In this document: piece after piece, positions 27,880-32,000 of the stretch
Numbering within the stretch: position 1 is the first letter of the stretch
Layout of the letters: each line of letters begins with the position of its first letter
Assembly (NCBI RefSeq): GCF_017876815.1
Contig: NZ_JAGIOS010000003.1
Location: forward strand, 600,001-632,000
DNA length: 32,000 nt
Source of the DNA: Sinorhizobium meliloti
GTDB taxonomy: Bacteria; Pseudomonadota; Alphaproteobacteria; Rhizobiales; Rhizobiaceae
Direction: 5' to 3'
The notes under the pieces: model-generated
Database searches by the model: none
What the model was told of the DNA's origin: nothing
What the model saw: only the letters and a program-made list of their open reading frames with translations
Translations under genes and position numbers: made by a program

Positions 27880-27904
27880 TCTTATGGTATGCCATCATAT
27901 AAGA
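27880..27904. promoter_or_regulatory. Candidate operator in the operon promoter region (overlapping imperfect dyads, TTATGGTATGCCAT core)
   Basis: TCTTATGGTATGCCATCATATAAGA lies 28-52 bp upstream of the first ATG. ATGGTA/TGCCAT is an 11/12 palindrome. A related TTATGGCGTACCA is found upstream of the GntR gene. Confidence 0.4.
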
Positions 27905-27991
27905 CAGTCAAGTGGCTCTTCAACGCAAAGCCCGAATTCCGGCCAAGTGCCCGATTTTGGTAGGAAAAAATTTGCGATTGAGGGCGAACGC

Positions 27992-28023
27992 AAACCGAGC
28001 GCTTTGATCGCGGTCGGTTTTTT
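27992..28023. terminator. GC-rich hairpin with flanking A/T runs (terminator-like; orientation ambiguous)
   Basis: AAACCGAGCG-CTTTGAT-CGCGGTCGGTTTTTT. The stem is about 10 bp with a 2-nt bulge, with a T6 run on the plus strand and an A-run preceding it on the minus strand. It lies 7 bp from the IS21 insertion site. Confidence 0.4.
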
Positions 28024-28029
28024 GCAGCG

Positions 28030-28036
28030 GAATGCG
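28030..28036. repeat. Left copy of the 7-bp target-site duplication (GAATGCG) of the IS21-family element
   Basis: Identical GAATGCG at 30635..30641, immediately outside the terminal repeats. Confidence 0.75.
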
Positions 28037-28162
28037 TGCCGATTCCGATGAAGCCGCCCCTTTGTTCCGAGATGATTGCGCCCCCGGTTTCCGGGATGAT
28101 CTCGCCCCCTGTTTAGTGGGGTCTGCAGGCGATGATTGTTGTCAGTTCATTCAGGCGAGGTG

Positions 28163-28900
28163 TCAAGCTTTGCGCGGTAGATTTCGGCGCAGACTATCGC
28201 CGCTCAATTCGATGCGGTGGGCATTGTGGACCAACCTGTCGAGTATGGCATCGGCGTAGGTTGGGTCGCCAATGACGCCGTGCCATGCGGACACGGGAAG
28301 TTGGCTGGTAATGATCGTTGATTTGCGTCCATAGCGATCTTCGAGGATTTCCAGCAGGTCGTGGCGGGCCTGTTCGTTGAGCGGCTCGAGCCCCCAATCA
28401 TCCAGTATCAGGAGCTGAACATGGCCCAAGGTTCGTTGCAGGCGGGCGTAGCGGCCATCACCACGCGCGAGCGCAAGCTGGGCAAACAGCCTTGGGACAC
28501 GCTGATAGAGAACTGAGCGATCGTCTCGGCAAGCCTTGTGGCCGAGAGCGCAAGCCAACCAACTCTTTCCGACACCCGAGGGTCCGCAAATGGCCAGATT
28601 GTCATGGGCGTTGATCCAGTCGCCACCGAGCAGCTTCATGAAGAGAGCACGGTCGAGGCCGCGGTCGGCGCGATAGTCGACATCTTCTGGGGTGGCCTGG
28701 TGGCGAAGCTTGGCAAACCTGAGGCGTGCCGCAAGCTTCCGATCGTAACGGGAGCTCCATTCCCGTTCGAGCAGCAGTCCGAGCCATTCGGCGTGCGAGA
28801 GATGTTCGGCTTCGCCGTTGGCAACAAGTTCGCCAAAGGCCTTTGCCATGCCGGCCAGGCCCATGGCATTCAATTTATCCAGTGTTGGATGGGCAAGCAT
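28163..28900 (-). CDS. istB: IS21-family helper ATPase IstB
   Basis: 245 aa with Walker A GPSGVGKS and Walker B LLILDDWG. AAGGAG SD is upstream. Confidence 0.93.
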   Translation of the reverse strand: MLAHPTLDKLNAMGLAGMAKAFGELVANGEAEHLSHAEWLGLLLEREWSSRYDRKLAARLRFAKLRHQATPEDVDYRADRGLDRALFMKLLGGDWINAHDNLAICGPSGVGKSWLACALGHKACRDDRSVLYQRVPRLFAQLALARGDGRYARLQRTLGHVQLLILDDWGLEPLNEQARHDLLEILEDRYGRKSTIITSQLPVSAWHGVIGDPTYADAILDRLVHNAHRIELSGDSLRRNLPRKA

Positions 28901-28912
28901 CTTTCGTTCTCC

Positions 28913-30463
28913 TTAGTGGTAATAGCGAGGTCCGCGGATGTTGGCGTGATGGATCGGTTCATGCGGCGCCGCTCCATTTGAGGCAGCCGTCCGGTCAAGG
29001 TGATTGTCGAGGATGGATCGCACCGAGCCATAGGTTCGTGCGCCAATCTCCAACGCACGGCCGCAAGCGGCATTGACCCTGTCGCGGCCGAAGCTCTTGT
29101 TGAGGCGGATGATGCCGAGGCAAGCTCGAAAGCCCTGCTCGGGATGAGGCCTGTCGGCAAGAATGCGCTCGCACAACAGCGCAACATCCGGCCCCATCGC
29201 AGAGGCTTCGCGTTGAATCCGTTCAATCGTCCAGTCGGCAAAGCGGCGATGCGCAGAGGGCATATGATCGGGGATCGTCGTGTGCTTGCCGTTGCCGCTG
29301 GAGCGCCGGTGAGCGGCAATTCGCTCGCCCTTGTGGAAGATCTCGATCGTATTGGCGGTGATACGAGCCTCGACCTGCTCGCGGGCAAAGCGATAGGGAA
29401 CGGAATAATAGTGCCGCTCGATCTCGACGTGATAATCCAGCCCGGCGCGCCGGATACGCCATTCGGCAAAGACATAACGTTCGACAGGCAGCGGTCGCAA
29501 AGCCGGACGATCAAGCTCCTCGAACAATTGGCGGCGCGTGGCGCCGACACGGCGCAGAACGCGCTTATCATTGAGATCATGGAGCAATTGGCCAATCGCC
29601 GCATTGACCTCGGCCAAACTATAGAAGATGCGATGGCGCAGCCGGCCCAACAGCCAACGTTCGACGATACGAACCGCAGCTTCCACTTTCGCCTTGTCCC
29701 GCGGGCGTCGCGGCCGCGTCGGCAAGACGGCGCTGCCATAATGGGCCGCCATCCCGCAATACGTCCGGTTGACCTGGGGATCGAAGTGGCAGGCCTTGAT
29801 GATCGCTACCTTGGCATTGTCGGGAACCAGCAAGGCTGGCGCACCGCCAAAGAACTCCAGCGCCAGGATATGGCATTCAATCCAGTCGGGAAGCGTCTCG
29901 CTCCAACGTGCCTGCGCATATGAAAGGCTGGATGCTCCCAGAACCGCCACGAACAGGTGCGCCTGCCGTGTCTTGCCGGACAGCCGATCAACGACAACCG
30001 TGACCGTGTCGCCGGCGTAGTCGACGAACAGCTTGTCGCCGGCCGCGTGATCCTGCCGCATCGTCACAGGCAACTTCATCGCCCAGCCGCGGTAGAGGTC
30101 ACAGAAGCGACTGTAACGATAGCCCTCCGGATAACGGCTGATGTATTCGTCCCAAAGGATCTGCAGCGTCATATGCTTGCGCTTCAGCTCGCGGTGGACC
30201 TGCGTCCAGTCCGGCTCAGGGCTCCGACGATGACCCGTCTTCGTCCCGGCTGCCTTGTAAAGCGCCGCTTCCAGGACTGCATCGCTGATGTCGTCACCCA
30301 ACGGCCACGATAGCTCCGCAATGGCCGCACGCCGAAGCGTCTCGCGCACCGTCGATGGCGCAGCTCCAACCCGAACCGCGATCGACTTGTGGCCAAGTCC
30401 TTGTTCGAAGCGATATCTCAATATCTCGCGGACACGCCGCATCTCCAGTCTCTCCGCAGGCAT
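28913..30463 (-). CDS. istA: IS21-family transposase IstA
   Basis: 516 aa with an N-terminal HTH (MRRVREILRYRFEQGLGHKSIAVRVGAAPSTV) and a DDE core (LFVDYAGDT...). GAGGAAGGA SD is upstream. Confidence 0.93.
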   Translation of the reverse strand: MPAERLEMRRVREILRYRFEQGLGHKSIAVRVGAAPSTVRETLRRAAIAELSWPLGDDISDAVLEAALYKAAGTKTGHRRSPEPDWTQVHRELKRKHMTLQILWDEYISRYPEGYRYSRFCDLYRGWAMKLPVTMRQDHAAGDKLFVDYAGDTVTVVVDRLSGKTRQAHLFVAVLGASSLSYAQARWSETLPDWIECHILALEFFGGAPALLVPDNAKVAIIKACHFDPQVNRTYCGMAAHYGSAVLPTRPRRPRDKAKVEAAVRIVERWLLGRLRHRIFYSLAEVNAAIGQLLHDLNDKRVLRRVGATRRQLFEELDRPALRPLPVERYVFAEWRIRRAGLDYHVEIERHYYSVPYRFAREQVEARITANTIEIFHKGERIAAHRRSSGNGKHTTIPDHMPSAHRRFADWTIERIQREASAMGPDVALLCERILADRPHPEQGFRACLGIIRLNKSFGRDRVNAACGRALEIGARTYGSVRSILDNHLDRTAASNGAAPHEPIHHANIRGPRYYH

Positions 30464-30634
30464 CCCGTTCCTTCCTCGTCACGTCGAAGGAAGAAACTTC
30501 ACACCAGCAGAACACCCACGCCAGATGCTTTCCGATGGGGGCGGCATCATCTCGGAATCAGGGGGCGACTATTTCTCGGAATTGGGGGGCGAGATCATTT
30601 CGGAATCAGGGGGCGGATTGCCTCGGAATTTGCA

Positions 30635-30641
30635 GAATGCG
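30635..30641. repeat. Right copy of the 7-bp target-site duplication (GAATGCG)
   Basis: See 28030..28036. Confidence 0.75.
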
Positions 30642-30922
30642 GGGGATGACGCATCGTGCGCAAACCCGAGCACGTCAGCAGCGGCCACGTTAAGCGGCGA
30701 TTCTCATGCGTTCAGAGGATGGCGTTCAGGCGGCGGCACAACCCGAAGGATGTTCCATAGGGCAATACCCACCACATCATGCTGCACAAACGCTACGGAT
30801 TACCCAACGAGTGCAATCAGAAGAAGGGAGGCGCCAGTCCGCTGGCGGCCAACGAGCAGATCTGAGAGCCAGTGTGAGGTGGGTTGAGGCAGCCTTCGTC
30901 GCGGATCGTAGTCGTAACCTCG

Positions 30923-31618
30923 TCAGTCGCCCGTCTGCTGCGCTGAGAGTACGGCCTCCGCGATGACGGAAGCTCTGGCGACATGATCAAGGGCAGCCTT
31001 GTAAGCCGCTTCACCGTCGCCTTTTCGGATGGCCTCAACGATCTTTTCCATCTGTGCCGGTCCTTCGACGTCACGATTCCTAGTCTTGATCGTCATGGAA
31101 CGGAGATGGTTGATCCGGACGGTCAGCAGGCTGACGACACCCCAGGCAACGTGGCGATCGACCTTGGTAAAAAGCGTCTGGTAGAAAGCGGAGGTGTGAT
31201 TGAGAACCGCGGGCATATCCTTAGCAGCATAGCTCTGGCGGATGCCTTCCAAGGACGCGTCAAGGGCTGCAACAATGGTCGAGTCTTTTCGCTCCGCACA
31301 AAGTCGGGCGGCCATCCCTTCGAGGGCGCCGCGAATTTCGTAGATCTGCTTCGCTTCATTCAGATCTAGACGCGCGACGATCGGCCCTTTGTTAGGCAAG
31401 TTCGCGACGAGGCCCTCGGATTCGAGGTGCCGCAGCACCTCACGGACGATTGTACGACTGACACCGAGTTGCGCACACAGATCGCGCTCGACAAGGCGAT
31501 CACCCGGTCTGAAATAACCGTCTACAATAGCGTCCCGCACCTTGTCGAGCGCCAGTTCCCGCAATGTCTTTGTCGGGCGCTCTACCCGAATGGCATTCCC
31601 TGCCAGTGCATCGTTCAT
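30923..31618 (-). CDS. GntR-family (FadR/FCD subfamily) transcriptional regulator (231 aa)
   Basis: MNDALAGNAIRVERPTKTLRELALDKVRDAIVDGYFRPGDRLVERDLCAQLGVSRTIVREVLRHLESEGLV is a winged HTH, followed by an all-helical FCD-like C-terminal domain. GAGGTGA SD lies before ATG 31618. Confidence 0.88.
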   Translation of the reverse strand: MNDALAGNAIRVERPTKTLRELALDKVRDAIVDGYFRPGDRLVERDLCAQLGVSRTIVREVLRHLESEGLVANLPNKGPIVARLDLNEAKQIYEIRGALEGMAARLCAERKDSTIVAALDASLEGIRQSYAAKDMPAVLNHTSAFYQTLFTKVDRHVAWGVVSLLTVRINHLRSMTIKTRNRDVEGPAQMEKIVEAIRKGDGEAAYKAALDHVARASVIAEAVLSAQQTGD

Positions 31619-31687
31619 CGGCTCACCTCGTCTAAATCCGCCCAATCAGGTATAAGCTCCGCACGAGAACGAATCCGCCCTGCCGTA

Positions 31688-31700
31688 TTATGGCGTACCA
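31688..31700. promoter_or_regulatory. Candidate autoregulatory operator upstream of the GntR gene (TTATGGCGTACCA)
   Basis: About 70-80 bp upstream of the GntR ATG. It shares the TTATGG-N4-CCA pattern with 27882..27894. Confidence 0.3.
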
Positions 31701-32000
31701 GTATATAACCTGGATGCCCCGCTTAAGGCAACTGCCATGACCAGTTGCTCGCGATCACTATCGCGTCGATGTTTCCGATGCGTAGCAACGGGACTCGTGA
31801 AGTCCGAATTGCTGGGCCGTGGCCGCACCTATTTATGATGCTTGATATCACCGCATTGAGCCAGGCTCATGATGTCAAAGTTCCGCCGCGGGGCGTGCTC
31901 ACCATCTCGAGGAGTCGCATTTGACCCCTCGATCACTCCATTATCGCGCCATCGCGTGAACCCTTCGAGCATACAAAAAAATTGAGAAAGGCGAACTACG

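Larger units (their letters stand above)
28037..30634 (-). mobile_element. Intact IS21-family insertion sequence (about 2.6 kb; istA-istB)
   Basis: The ends are TGCCGATTCCGATGAAGCCGCCCC and, in reverse complement, TGCAAATTCCGAGGCAATCCGCCCCC. Each end has multiple internal copies of the ...TTCCGA...GCCCCC motif. istA and istB are complete with SDs. A 7-bp direct repeat flanks the element. Confidence 0.85.

Noticed and set aside
28870-29923. 289-aa minus-strand and 307-aa plus-strand ORFs inside the IS21 element
   Set aside because: Both are alternative or antisense frames of istA, with Arg/Ala/Ser-rich composition.

Overview
This looks like rhizobial symbiosis-plasmid DNA. Gene order and the NifA, FixC and NifB sequences and lengths fit my recollection of the Sinorhizobium (Ensifer) meliloti/medicae pSymA nif-fix region; that attribution is from memory, not a search.

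Left 14 kb: nifK (partial), nifD and nifH lie on the minus strand. fixABCX, nifA, nifB, fdxN and fixU/nifT run divergently on the plus strand. TGT-N10-ACA NifA sites and TGGCAC-N5-TTGCA sigma-54 promoters are readable upstream of nifH, fixA and nifB.

The 2.2-kb nifH/fixA spacer is a mosaic. It holds a third, orphan copy of the NifA/sigma-54 promoter module with a nifH 5' stub, a heavily deleted rpoN-like remnant directly downstream of that orphan promoter, and a duplicated fixA 5' fragment.

Middle: an IS630-family element sits in a CTAG target with a TA duplication and an A7 slippery site. It is followed by a SyrB-like small regulator and a companion ORF.

Right half: a tightly packed 11-gene minus-strand operon. 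It encodes a DUF1185-type protein, an alpha/beta hydrolase, a flavin reductase fusion, an LLM oxygenase, an aldehyde dehydrogenase, a NIPSNAP protein, a PotABCD-like ABC importer and succinate-semialdehyde dehydrogenase. This enzyme set matches what I recall of the trigonelline (tgn/trc) degradation pathway. An intact IS21-family element with a 7-bp target duplication separates the operon from its probable GntR regulator.

I saw no rRNA, tRNA or CRISPR array.
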